Assembly: GCF_001194135.2 (NCBI RefSeq)
Contig: NC_068996.1
Span: 2,535,329 to 2,599,328 of the forward strand
Direction of reading: 5' to 3'
DNA: 64,000 nt
DNA from: Octopus bimaculoides
Taxonomy: Eukaryota
The notes below the pieces were generated by a model. It saw only the letters and a program-made list of their open reading frames with translations. It did not search any database and was not told where the DNA came from. The first letter of the stretch is position 1. Every line of letters starts with the position of its first letter. A program made the position numbers and the translations under genes. Positions 22,650-36,050 of the stretch are shown one piece after another.

Positions 22650-23035
22650 GCAGACAGGGCTGTGTGGTAAGAAGCTAACTTCCCAACCACATGGCTCTGA
22701 GTTCAGTCTCACTGTGTGACACCCTGGGGAAGTGTGTTTTACCATAGCCTCGGGCCAACCAAATCTTTGTGAGTGGATTTGGTAGACAGAAACTGAAAGA
22801 AGCTTGTCATATATATGTATATGTGTGTGTATGTTTGCCCCACCTGCTATTCCTTGACAACCATTCTTGATATGTTTGGCAGTTTGGCCAAAAACCTTAG
22901 CAATTCGGAAAAAGAGTCTGATAAAATAAGTACAAAGAATAAGTCCTGGGGTCAATTTTTTTGACTGTAACCTTTTAAGGTGATGCTCCAGCATGGCTGC
23001 AGTCAAATGACTGAAACAAGTAATAAAATAAAAGA

Positions 23036-23036
<1 letters not shown>
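22650..23036 (+). mobile_element. CORE-like SINE, near full length, followed by (CA)n
   Basis: Colinear with 29715-30089 through gaataagtcctggggtcaatt...gctccagcatggctgcagtcaaatgactgaaacaagtaa. Confidence 0.9.

Positions 23037-23116
<80 letters not shown>
23037..23116. repeat. (CA)n microsatellite
   Basis: Direct reading. Confidence 0.98.
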
Positions 23117-23121
<5 letters not shown>

Positions 23122-24602
23122 GTATCACATATTTATACAAATTTATGCATGTGTATAATTTGTATAAATATATTTATTTATTTCCCTAAGACATACACCT
23201 GGCTATGAGTACACAAACTTACTTATGCTGTGACTGTTTACCAGTGAATTACAATTTGTGCACCAAAAGAGAAATGGTTATTTCCAGTTTTTAGTCAAGT
23301 TCTTCATGTTCCAGCATCTTCTAGTGCTAGCTGGCTCCACCAGCTAATGTTATATCTGCTATGTGACACTCACTGACAAACAGAAGTTTCTAACAGAGTT
23401 TATTAGGTAAAAAAACAGAAAAAAAAAATTGTTGGCATACAAATGTTGTTAATTAGAACAGATTATCTCTGAAATAACAGAGGTGCTTTCTCATATAATC
23501 CTAGGAAGTATTGTGTTTTAGGTGGTTGGGAGAGTAGGTCTAGGTGAATGGGAGGTAATGCAAAGTTAATGGTTTATTCACACTCACTCTACTAAACAAA
23601 CTTCTCACATTATCTCACCCTTCCCTTAACTGCCCTGGACTTTGACTAACATTATTATGGTGACTGAATGTGGGGTAGGGGATTTAAATTATAGTGTAGT
23701 GTTAATGGCTTAAGTGAAAGGATCCATTCTTTGTGAATACATTGTTAATGTATGTATGTGTGTTTGTGTGTGTGTGTGTGTGTGTGCACGTGCTCTAGTT
23801 GAATGTGAGTGTTCAAGTGTGTGTTTGTCTAAGTTTGTGTAGATAGGTTTGTATTACTACATTCATACGCAGACAAACTCAATTTCAAAATCTACATACA
23901 TATCTACATATATATTGCCCAACCCATGCCAGCAGTGAAAACAGGCATTAAAGGATGATAATAATGATATATATATAAACACACACACACACACATATAT
24001 GTAAATATATGATGAGAGAGATACAAGAATGTTTATTGATCATTACAGTTGTTTTGACCCATGTAACAAAAATGCATGTGGAGAAAACCAAATCTTTAAT
24101 TGTAGGATTCACCTAATAAATCTGATAATTGTTTCTGTTATATTAACATATCACCCATGCCAGCATGGAAGGTGGACATTAAATGATGATGATGATGATA
24201 TTTCTGAAAATTCATGCTAACACGATCAAGGCAATCTAAAATTAGTTAGGTTCAAAGTGAACTTAGGAAATATTTCCAGTACACGAATGCATACAAAAAG
24301 AACGTTAAGAAGATATGTAATCTAAGAAAAGCTATTTTGATAGTCATCTATTGGTGACGACAGTAGATAATGAAAGAATAAAAAATTAACCTAAGAATTA
24401 CGACAATTAGAAACAGAAATTTTGCGTCACGACATTTAGTTAACTATTTATCAAATATAGTAAGGTTTTTTTACAAAAATTATGCAACATGAAAAGCAAT
24501 TATAATTAAGAAACATTTAAATGTCTTTTGAAATTTGTGGCAATATTTCATTGATGATGGTGCATAACTAATAATGGGTCACATTAAATCATACATTTTC
24601 TT

Positions 24603-24639
<37 letters not shown>

Positions 24640-25306
24640 ATTGTTTTAATGTTCATGTCTTCATGTGCTTGCATATTCCAGGTAGAGTTTAGTGTAAATA
24701 TAAGCAAAAGTATGATAACCTTAATGTAGTTTATAGGATACCCCTTTACCTGTCTAAGGAAATAGAATGATCCCTTGAAAAACTCTTGTATATTTGCATT
24801 CAGTTGCACTATGAACACCCATTGCAGAGTGCCCAGAATGTGTGTAGGAAATACATGTTACAGCTAAACCTTGTGTTTGTGATACTGGATACATATATGT
24901 ATTCGTATTCATTAGGTTTCTGTTATATATATTGCCTTCTATTGCGCTTTTGTTCGTTTTTTTTTAATATTTATACATATATGTGTATATAAAACAAGGA
25001 GATCTAATGGATACAAATTAATTTACACACACACACACACACACATATACTAATACATAAATAGATAATATATACACATACAGATGCATCCGGTGGATAA
25101 ACCTAGAAACATGAACATACACGATCGCTAAAGTATTACACATACTTTTGTATCTAAATGTGATATACAAATTAATTAAACTCTCACCAAAATGAATGCA
25201 TACTTGAGAACCAATATAATAGTTTTGGAAGAAAACACATAAACACATATGTATATATAAAGATGCATATACACAATGATACATAAACAAAGACACCCCA
25301 TACTTA

Positions 25307-25362
<56 letters not shown>

Positions 25363-25489
25363 TCATCATCATCATCATCGTTTAACGTCCACTTTCCATG
25401 CTAGCATGGGTTGGACATATATGCATTTAAACACACAACATATATATAAGCACACATACATATAAGCACACACATATACAAGAATGAAC

Positions 25490-25660
25490 ATGGATTTATT
25501 TCAGTTTATTTTACCTTTGTACATTCTATTTTATTTACTTCATTTTATTTCTACTTTATTTATTATATATTTATTCTATTTTTATTGTTTTATTTATTTT
25601 CATTTTATTTTTATTTTGTATTTTTATTTCATTTTTATCTTATCTTTACTTTATTTCTGC
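25490..25660. repeat. T-rich low-complexity tract (degenerate TTTTA/TTTCA units)
   Basis: Direct reading; source of the Phe/Tyr/Ile-rich ORFs. Confidence 0.8.
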
Positions 25661-26365
25661 TTGTATATAAATTAAACTACATACCTAAAGAAGTAAATTG
25701 GAAAGGAATATATATATCAATGCACATACATATTGATGTACGTATTAACATACATATTTGTTGCATATGTGTGTATATATGTATATATATTTGTGTGCAA
25801 GTACATAGATGCATATACAAGCACACATGTACAAACATAAATATAAATTTTGCTTCACTTTTATTTCATTTTATTCCATGAACATACATTTTATTTCATT
25901 TTTACTTTCTTCTATTCATTATATTACTTCACCCGTATATAACCCATCATTCATGATTATTATTATTATTATTGAATTGAAATAACAGGAATAATTCTAA
26001 CACATGCATCCACACACACACAATAAACATATCTGTATATTCTGAGTATTCCAAATGTGTCCTTATGTAATCCTTGTATTGTCCTTTGCACACCCTGATG
26101 ATTTTCCATCCAAGCTATTTAAAATGCAGTCATTGTAATTTTGTTTGAGAAATGAAACAATTGTTGATGAATATGCTGATTAATTAATAAATGAATTAAT
26201 TTATATCCATTAGATCTCTCTGTTTTCTAACTCTATAATAATGTTTGATATTTTACAATATTCTATGTAATATATTCACTGAAGAAATATCGCTTCAAAA
26301 TTTGATATATTAAACCAGTGTATCTTGGATAAATATCTAAGAGGTTTGAATATCTTCATTGTGGC

Positions 26366-26405
<40 letters not shown>

Positions 26406-26895
26406 CATATACATGTGTGTATGTATTATTGTTAACACGTGAACTCTAAGATGATAAAGCTCTAAATAATAGTGTGTAATGATTATGAAAAAAATTAAAA
26501 ACAAATTATCTCATATCTCTTGAAGTTCCTAAATTTCTATGACATACTCCTGGAATATAGCCAGTAATAGTTTTGTCATTGCATTTAATGCAGAACTTTC
26601 AAAAGCAATTACTGTAGACAATGGACTGAAATAGGGAGACATTCTTTATGTTTCTGTATATTTCACTACTCTGTTATTATCTTATACCTTTCAATATTGT
26701 CATAAAGGTGCTGAAGTAGGATTTTCAACTTCAGGAAAGATTTTCAATTTACAAGGTTTTGATAGTAAATGAAAAACTTGTCTGCCAAACAGGGAACATA
26801 TGTATGCAGACAATGCTGACTTTGTAGTACTTACAAAACGAGATGCAGATTACAATGGACAAATTTCCAAATGCACTCTAAACTATAGTCTAAAT

Positions 26896-27181
26896 TGTGC
26901 ATGGGCAACCTGCAGCCCTTGATGAGTTTCTAGGTTGCTAATTTTTATGAGCGAAAACTTTTTCTCAAATTTTCCAATTATTAGCCTTATTATTATCATT
27001 AGGAAATAATGGAAGAGATGACAGCTTAATGTAAACTTTCATACTAAGACAAATAAAATTAAGAAGAACTGCAAAAAATTCAGTGTAAAATAGGCAAGTA
27101 ATATTTCATGCATATGTGTTTTATCCCACTTAGAAATGGTACGACGTGGGCCCCCATTTGACGAAAAGTTGTCTGTCGCTG
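26896..27181. mobile_element. Decayed hAT-type MITE
   Basis: Left end ..catgggcaacctgcagccc; right end aaaagttgtctgtcgctg; flanks gtctaaat / gtctaagc look like an imperfect 8-bp TSD. Confidence 0.45.
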
Positions 27182-27269
27182 GTCTAAGCTATTATAAAAA
27201 TGACCAAAGTGATGTTCACCTGGTGAACATTTTGTGGAGTCTAATATCTATGTAAAAAACACAAAATTA

Positions 27270-27780
27270 AGAGTAATGGATACTTTTCCATACTTGGAAA
27301 GTGCTCTTACTTGGGAAGTGCTCCATTGGTAGCCTAAATTTTGAAATTATACTGAGAATTGAAAAAGCAATAACAGTATTTGGCAAACTTGGTAAAATGA
27401 CTAGGGTCAGATTGAGGTATTACAGCTCACACAAAAATCTGTGTTTACTAGACATGCATGCTGACAACAATTTTGTATACTTTTGAAACATGAACTACTC
27501 ATAGTAGATATGTGAAAATGCTGGAATGTTTCTGCTAAAAATGCCTCAGAAGAATACTGAAAATAAAATAGGAAGATTTGTTGTAAGATATGGAAATACT
27601 ACAGAGGGTCAGCTGTGTGTCTTTTGAGTTTCACTTAGGACAAAATCAAATGCGATGAGAACTGAGCTGTTTATTGTTCAAAAGATTAGGGGAAATATTA
27701 CTTTGCTTGGAAAAATCCATACGTAGAATAATCTATTTAAGTAAGTTTCATCTAACCCATGCAATCATGAACAATGTGGA
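27270..27780 (+). mobile_element. Decayed RTE/BovB-like LINE, RT C-terminal region
   Basis: RIEKAITVFGKL...TKICVY*TCMLTTILYTFET*TTHSRYVKMLECFC*KCLRRILKIK*ED fits RIxKASxAFGxL...TKxxVYxAxVLxxLLYGCETWT...CLRxILxIxWxD. Confidence 0.7.
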
Positions 27781-28347
27781 CATTAAAGTGATTTTAAATA
27801 TCTATTTGTGTCTTTATCTGTGTGTGTGTATTTATGTTTGTTATTACCTGTTGTTTAATTATGAGAGTGTGTTTATACATGTCCTTGTATGCATATGTCC
27901 AAAGAAAGTTACATATGCATAGTGTTTAGGTATGCAAATGTAGCTTGTGATAGCTCGGATGGCAGGGCATAAGATTGTCGTCTGAAGTTTGAAGTATGCA
28001 AATGAATAATGGTAACATACACAAGCTCATGTTATGTGAAAAAAATCCACAGACCCTCTCATAAAGATACAAATACATTGGTTACATTAATTCTAATGAG
28101 ACCCTTGTGTTTGTATGTAAGGTATATCAGTAGCAATATTGGAATGTGAATTATGGTAAGTGTGTAACTATACATACCAACTTACCATTATGTTAAGTTG
28201 GCACAATGGTGAAATACTTCCTTGTCTACTATGTAGATAATTGTTAGATACTGGCTAATAGTGATAATTATTGGATTCTAGCTGATAGTGACAAGCTAAT
28301 TTTGTATCACTTCAGTCTTATAGAAACATGACTCTCTCTCTCTCTCG

Positions 28348-28392
<45 letters not shown>

Positions 28393-29714
28393 CCCCTCTC
28401 TCTCTCAAATACAATTTGTTGTTTGTTAATGTGCATTTTTTTTTATTTTTTGCTATTTTCCACTTATTAAGTTACTTTACCTATTTACTTTGCATTTAAA
28501 AAATTGAACTTTAAAGACTTTTTTATGGTTCCATTGTTATTTTATAGCCCCACTAAACCATTAACAAAAGGGCTTATGTTCAAAGCAATTCCAGTCATGA
28601 TCCTTCCATCTTTTTCTCAAATATAGTATATCACAATTTACGTTATGTAATGTGTCTTTCTTGTTATTAAAAAAAAAAAGAAATGACAAGTTGTAATTTG
28701 AATGAGATTAAGCTCTGGTTTTCAGCAGGTTAAATGATCACATGCCATCTCCGTTTGTGACTCATCATGTTTCTGTTTGTGGAACATCTGTAGGATTTTC
28801 TTGATGAGAGATTACAGCAGAGTCTTTTTTTCCCAATGGATTTATCCTTTGCTTGAATAAAATGTCTTCATCCTCGTAATCCTTCATCACAGTTTTATGT
28901 ACATCTTATTATGTTGCTAAAGCTGGTAAGGAGTTCTCTTACATAGCATAGCAATATACTTTTGTTGTTCTGTATCTAATTTGTGAAACCCAGTATATCC
29001 TGAATTTTGGTCAAATCTCTCAGTTCCTTACAAAACAAGATGCAGACAATTCCTGCTTTTTAAAGGTTCAGCACCTTTAAATTGCAACACATTGAACCTT
29101 AAAGACACAAATTTGATCTTCAAACTACCTACAGATTTCTATTTCCTGGATTCCTGTAATGTAACACAGGTCAGAGCATGTTAAGCAAACAGTGTCACTT
29201 TGATAATAGTTTAATGTACCATTCCAAAGGTCACTGGAAATGGTTTACTATCAAAATAGCAGCTTCTATGTTGTTATTTAGTCGGAAATCAATCGTGACT
29301 AGCAAATCTATGATTAAAAATGTCTTTGACTATATATTAGGCAGTGTGTCAGAATTAGTTGTTATTGTTGACCCCCCCCCCCTCAATACTTGACAGCTAC
29401 ACTGTTTCATTGATCTGGAGGGATTAAAGACAATGTTGACATTGACAGGATTTGAATACTGACTGTAAAGAATCAGAAAAAATGGTGCAAGGCATTTGTC
29501 CTGAACTCCAGTGTTTCTGGCAGTCCGCTCTTCTGCGTCTGTTTCTTCCTCCTTTGACACCCTAATGGCTCTGCCAGCTTGCTGTTTGTTTATGTTTTAA
29601 TAATGGTTTTAAATTTTGGCAGCTCACCACCTTAATGACAGTGATGATAATAATAATAACAATAACAATAATAAAAATGTTGATGATGATAATGGTTTCA
29701 AATTTTCATACATA

Positions 29715-30089
29715 GCGCAGGAGTGGCTGTGTGGTAAGTAGCTTGCTTACCGACCACATGGTTCTGGGTTCAGTCCCACTGCGTGGCACCTTGGGCAAGT
29801 GTCTTCTACTATAGCCTTGGGCCGACCAAAGCCTTGTGAGTGGATTTGGTAGACGGAAACTGAAAGAAGCCCGTCTTATATATGTATATATATGTGTGTG
29901 TTTGTGTGTCTGTGTTTGACAACTGATGCTGGTGTGTTTATGTCCCCGTAACTTAGCGGTTTGGCAAAAGAATCGATAGAATAAGTACTAGGCTTCCAAA
30001 GAATAAGTCCTGGGGTCAATTTGCTCAACTAAAGGTGGTGCTCCAGCATGGCCGCAGTCAAATGACTGAAACAAGTAAAAGAGTAAGAG
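29715..30089 (+). mobile_element. Full-length tRNA-derived CORE-like SINE inserted into an older SINE
   Basis: tRNA-like head (gtggctgtgtggtaagtag...ggttcagtccc), then ccttgggcaagtg (resembles the MIR/CORE string), internal (TA)/(TG) and a gtaaaaga tail. The flanks ggtttcaaattttc / gccagcaatatt rejoin into the minus-strand SINE family. Confidence 0.9.
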
Positions 30090-30283
30090 AGCCAGCAATA
30101 TTAAGGGATGGGGTGATTCGATTGCTTTGGCCCCAGTATTGATCCTGTAAAGATGAAGGAGAAAATTGCAGTGTTCAACTGGTACTTTATTATATTGATC
30201 ACAAAAAGATGGCAGGTAAAATCAACCTCAGCAGGATTTGAACTCAGAATGTAGAGTCATCGAAAATGCTAGCATGCTAGCAA

Positions 30284-31784
30284 TTAAGAACAGCATGCCT
30301 AGTTGGAAAATATGTCTTTCCTGTAACAAGCAGCACTTAGCTGATATATCAGTCAAAAGCGGTATCTTCCAAAGAGACCCTTGTTCACCTCTGTTATTTG
30401 TTATAGCCTTGATCCCACTTTCTGTAGTGCTACCTAAAATCAACGTGCACTATGAGCTGAGAAAGAATGGACCTCATTTCAACCACCTTCTCTTCATGGA
30501 TGATTTTAAACTGTTGGCAAAAACAGAGCCTGAAATGGAGAGGCTGGCTGAGACTCAGCTCAAGAAACCTTGTGACTGCCATCAACATATGGATGGTTGT
30601 TGTACTCTGCTACAGTGCACCCATCCTGAAATGGGCACAAGTGGAGATTAACCAACTCGATTGCACTACCCGAAAGACAATGACAGTGTATGGTGCGTTC
30701 CACTCTAAGGCAAATATACACAGGCTTTACATGAAGAGAGGTAAAGGTGAACATGGGCTGATTAGCATATGGGAATGCATCAACAGTGAAAGAAGAAACA
30801 TGGCAGAATATTTGGTAAAGAGCAAACATGACCTGCTAAGGCAGATGGAGTTAACAAAGATGGTCTTGAGAGTGCTCATGAATGCTGATCAAGTACAGCT
30901 AATGAGAGAGAAGAAACCCCACTCTGTATGGAATTACACGGCCAGTTCCACCTTGAAACCAACAAAGTAAAAGACCAGGAAACATCATGGAAGTGGCTCA
31001 GAAAGGGTGACCTAAAAAAGAATACTGAAAGCCTAATCATCACTGCCCAGGATCAGGCATTGAATACCAACTCAGTGAAAAAAATGTATACCACACAAGT
31101 GCAACGGACCTGTGCAGAATATGTGGGAAGATGGCCGAAAGCGTGACTCACATTGTTAGTGTTTGTGAAAGTCTTCTGCAGAAAGAATACAAGCGTAGAC
31201 ACGACAAAGTAGCCCAAAACCTCCACTGGTTATTATGCTGTAAGTATGGATATGAGGTTATGGGTGCTTGGTACCAACATACACCAGAAAAGGTAATGGA
31301 CAAAAAGGAGAAGGCTTAATTCCTCTGGGACTTTGACTTCCAGACAGACAAGGTGTTAGAGCACTGGAGGCCAGATATAGTAACCTTTAGGAGGGACAAA
31401 GAAGTGTGCCTAATAATTGACATGGCAGAGCCAGGAGATCAATATATCATCATGAAAGAAAGAGAAAAAGTTGATGAATATGGAGAGCTGAGAATTGAGA
31501 TCGCTAAGATGTGGCAGCTATGAAAATCAAACATGAAGGTTATCCCTGTTGTCATTGGGACATTGAGTTCAGTACTACCCAATCTGAAAAAAAAAATATT
31601 TGAAAAATAGCCTATAATCTCGATTTATTGGAAAAGTCAGCATTACATGGAATTGCATGCATATTGCATAGAGTACTGTCTGTCTGAGGTCCTTGTTATG
31701 ACTTGGCAAGCAGTACAAACCCCCGGTAGACACAATATTTTCAATCTACAACCTCACGATATTGTATACTGTGCGATGTCTATA

Positions 31785-31823
<39 letters not shown>
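30284..31823 (+). mobile_element. 5'-truncated R4/Dong-type LINE with (TAA)n tail
   Basis: GIFQRDPCSPLLFVIALIPL...NHLLFMDDFKL; QDQALNTN; CRICGKMAESVTHIVSVC; YKRRHDKVA; ILWDFDFQTD...RPDIV...IIDMAEPGD. Several frameshifts and stops; (TAA)n at about 31785-31823. Confidence 0.92.
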
Positions 31824-31826
<3 letters not shown>

Positions 31827-32225
31827 CCTTTTCTACTAAAGGTACAAGGCCTGGAATTTTGTGGAAGGGGTTTAGTGGATTACATTAATCCCAGAGTTCA
31901 ACTGGTACTTTATTATATTGACCATGAAAAGATGGTAGGCAAAATTAACCTCTGCAGAATTTGAACTCAGAACGTAGAGACAAACAAAATGCTGGCATGC
32001 TAGCAATTCTGCCAGATCAATAGCAATAATCCTCTCTACTGTAAGTATGAAGGCTGAAATTTTGGAGGATGGATCTAGTTGATTAGACACCAGCGCCCAA
32101 CTGCTACTTATTTTATTGACTCCAAAAGGATTAGAAGCAGACTTTGGTGCATTCGATCTCAGAATGTAAAGAGCCTGAGGAAATACTCCTAAGCATTTTG
32201 TCCTACATGCTAATAATACTGCTAT
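31824..32225 (-). mobile_element. Two ATT-tailed SINE copies
   Basis: gaccttttctactaaaggtacaaggcctggaattttg... and ctctactgtaagtatgaaggctgaaattttg..., both reverse complements of the family at 4365-5040. Confidence 0.75.
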
Positions 32226-32234
32226 CTCCTAGTT

Positions 32235-32497
32235 CAGGGGTTCTCAAACTGGGGTCTGCGGACCGCAGGGGGTCCGTAGACAGCAAATACTTTTTATGGG
32301 CAATTTGATTTTATATATGTTTTTTAATCGAAATCTTTTAATTGACAATAAACCTATTTGTTAAATACTGTTAAATAAATAAATGTAAAAATATATGTTA
32401 TTTTAAGCAAATATATATGTATAAATTTCATAAGCATTTATAAGGTAAAGTCTGAAATATAAAGGGGTCCGCAAGACAAAAAGTTTGAAAACCCCTG
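32235..32497. mobile_element. hAT (Charlie-type) MITE, 263 bp
   Basis: TIRs caggggttctcaaact / agtttgaaaacccctg; perfect 8-bp TSD TCCTAGTT at 32227-32234 and 32498-32505. Confidence 0.95.
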
Positions 32498-33907
32498 TCC
32501 TAGTTCACTGCTTTAATGATAATAATCCACTCTACAATGGGCATAAGGCCTGAAATTTTTGGGGAAGCGGCTTGTTGATTATATCAACCCAAGTTTTTCA
32601 TTAATGGTTCTGCCTGTTCACTGCCTTGATAACAACAACAACCATAACAATAATGACAACAGTAATAAAAATACTACAATTTTTTTACAGTACTTCATTC
32701 TAAAATGTACATACATATAAATCTATCACTGAATCTGTTCCAACACTAAAGTGACTATAACTTAATATATAGCAGTATCGTGTGAAATGAGGATTATATT
32801 TAGAATGCCTTCCTTCTACTTACCTCAAACTGCCAACACTGTACCATTACTATATCCAGAACTGTACCACTACACTGTTATACCATATATATCTGCTATA
32901 CTATATAGTATCTGTGTACTATATAATATATGTATACCCCATACGTGTCTGCTATACCTTATAGTGTCTGCTATTGTATATACATTTGAATATACCAAAT
33001 CTATCATATAATCCTGATTTAGCTTTTGGTTCCATATATGTAAGGCACTTTGGTTTGTTTTATAAATAGTTTGCCAATATTTCATTGCACCTTTTTGCTG
33101 CACTGTCAACACATTTTTAACAGTTTTGCAGTAGACCTGTCATGGCAAAGATCTATGCCATATTGTCAATTAACCCAGTAATTAATTATCAAGAAATATA
33201 AATCATACTACTGTCACACATTTAACATATATTTTCACATTTTTATAATATATATATATATTCTTATTTATTTATTTTGTTTTGAAACTACAAACATTTT
33301 AATTAAATTTTTTGAGGATTGATCTTGGGTTGTGCAAAGAATGTGTATTCATTTATGTCCGAGACTAATGAAATGTTTGCATCTGATTAAGATAATTATA
33401 ATTTGTGAACAAAGATATGCAATAACAGTATGATAGAAAAGCAAGAATCAGCAACTAAAGATTTTTATGCTGTTTGATGTTTAGCCTCAGTATTAACAGA
33501 TAAACGTTGATGCTAATCCAAATGTAACCATTTTGCCCCTAACCCCTACCAATTTTCTTCAAGCTCTGTGCATCAAGGATTACTTATTTTAATATCGTTA
33601 TGCTCTTTTAAGAGGACAATACAAAAATGAATTGGTTGTTATTTCTCACATTATCAGCTAGCTTGTTTACAGATGTACAAGTCTGATGGTTGCATTCCTT
33701 TGTGTTCTTGTCTGATCAGTCTTGATACAGATTGTCTTATGATCAGATGTAGTCCAGACTTGACCATCTAGTCTTCTTTAAATAACATCTATGACCACAT
33801 TATCTAATATGTGCATCTCGTTGCTTAAGATGGTGTGATGTGATTTGATAGGTATCTGTCTGCTATTTTTAACAGGTCGAGCAATAACTTAAAGGCTCAC
33901 TTTTTAA

Positions 33908-34125
33908 CCCTTTAGCATTTAATCCATATCCAGCCCAAATATTCTACCTGTTTTTTTGTTAAAACTGACCAGATACAACCTCTCACACCTGTCCTACAAT
34001 GTCATTCTAAAAATATACAAATACATTGTTGAAATTTTGAAGCTACAAGATAATGAATGATTAATTGAAAACAATGTGAATAAATTAAGCATTACATTTG
34101 ACAAAGAAATCTGAATGCTAAAGGC
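33908..34125. mobile_element. piggyBac-type MITE, 218 bp
   Basis: TTAA|ccctttagcatt ... aatgctaaaggc|TTAA. Confidence 0.85.
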
Positions 34126-34187
34126 TTAATTTGTAATTTAGTGGTTAACACAGTCAAGTGTGATGGCGAAGAGCTATTTTCATCTCA

Positions 34188-34235
<48 letters not shown>

Positions 34236-34421
34236 TGTACACAATTCTCCTTTTATAATTTTTTTTACTATTCACGTTGCTTTGTTATGTATCTGTTTTT
34301 GTGTGGCATACAAGTGAGGTTGATATCAAAAGGTCTACCCTTCTGATATCAATCTATCTGGGACTACTTCTGATTCTACATAAGAAATAATTTGTATTCA
34401 AATTAAAACTTATCAGCTTAA

Positions 34422-34640
34422 CCCATTAAGTCCCACTGTCCTATAAATAGGACAATAAATGAAAACATTAAATAAGCTATATTGTCTCAGTGTCCTATTT
34501 ACAGGACACCGAGTATTTCCGTTTCTACTTGAAGTAAAGGAGTTTTATTAATTAATTTTTTTCATTTTAATCTATTTTCAATCATCCGTAACAATTTAAA
34601 AGTAATATTCAGAAATTTAAGTACTCTGGGACTTAATGGG
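34422..34640. mobile_element. piggyBac-type MITE, 219 bp
   Basis: TTAA|cccattaagtccca ... tgggacttaatggg|TTAA: a perfect 14-bp TIR, plus internal tgtcctat..ataggaca-type repeats. Confidence 0.92.
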
Positions 34641-35469
34641 TTAATACTATGCTAGGTTTCTTTGAATAAGAGGCCTATACCAATGAGTTTAAATAGATAT
34701 AAATGAAAAAGCTATATTAGAAAATCTGTCACTATTCTCTTCCATCCTGCTCAAAATCAATTGAAACACAAACTATTTTTTATATTTTTATTTAGAAATA
34801 CAGTTACAAAAGGGTTAAGATAACAGATGTATTTGTCTTAGCTGAAAGCTGGATTTACTTCATTCCACACTCCAGAAGGAAAAAAAATCCAGGTCATTAG
34901 TATAATTAATCCTGGTAATTCTCCTATATTTGTTCATTTTGGTCATCATCTGGCTTTTAGTATTTCAATTTTAGTACATACTTTTCTATAATACCAAGTA
35001 ATCAATAATGATTTCTCTTAAGTTATCTAATTTATAATGCCTTTTTTTAATGTTTGTGTTGTTTGTTCCCTTTTGCTGTCTATAGAACATCATTTCCTCT
35101 CCCAATGAATAGTGAATATGTGTATGGGGATTAGTTTAGAATTTAGGATAGATTAAAGCTCCAAATCAGTTAAGTTCTGTGGTATTCAACTATATGGAAA
35201 CATTTACAAATTAGGCCAAATAAATTATATTTGACTTTTCAAAAGTTAAAAAGAAAGAAAAAAAAAATGGAATAGTCCATTCCTTTGTTTGAAATATTTC
35301 AATAACTATTTTGGATAAAATATAATTATTAGAAAAGAGAACTAATGATGAATTAACGATTAAGATAAATTCACGTGCATACTCATGAATATACATATGC
35401 AGATGCATGAAACAGTAAAGATAGGACAATTTTCTTGAAGCAATTTTTAAAAAAGAAGTGTAAGACGGT

Positions 35470-36050
35470 ATCTATGTGTCCCTTTGGCTTTGGCAGGTTT
35501 TTAATTCCTTGTTATGTGACTCTGCTAATAATATCAATGTAGGTGGGTAGTCTTCATTTTCTATTAGTATGCTAAAGTTTCCAAGGTATAACTTTTGATA
35601 TTCCCTACTATTCAGCTTAATAACATTAGCCAACAAAATCTTATCAACAATAATAATAGAAATGGGTGGAATGTGTCCATAAACTTTCTCTTTGGTGTTT
35701 ATGGGAGACGATTTGAGCCCAGGTGAGAAACTTGGTGTACATACCATGAAGGTGATTTGAAGTTCTTTTTGAAATGAATTGACAGGTAGCTTTCATTCTC
35801 ATTTCTTATATATTCAGTCTTTTTTGCATTGAGAAACAGACTGGCTTTAGCTACAATATTCTTAAGGGATCTTAACTCTTGCATATCACAGTTGATGAAA
35901 TGTAAAGGTAACTGTAAAGAGATAAAAGACATGCTGATGTCTTCACAACTTTTGCTTGAATGTGTAGCCTTTGTCTTGGATGAGGTTAATTCTTTTACTG
36001 AAGATGTATTCCAATAGTATCAAAATTAAAGCAATATTGCTATAAGAGTA
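35470..36050 (-). mobile_element. Decayed RTE-like LINE, RT C-terminal region
   Basis: QELRSLKNIVAKASLFLNAKKTEY and KVYGHIPPISIII match the usual GLxLNAKKTEY ... LYGxxPxISxxI pattern. Confidence 0.55.

Noticed and set aside
29330-29560. 76-aa minus-strand ORF MSKEEETDAEERTAR...
   Set aside because: GTG start, no convincing splice signals, no recognisable motif; neighbouring frames are full of stops.
29715-29790. tRNA-like sequence
   Set aside because: It is the head of a multi-copy SINE and lacks a complete cloverleaf.
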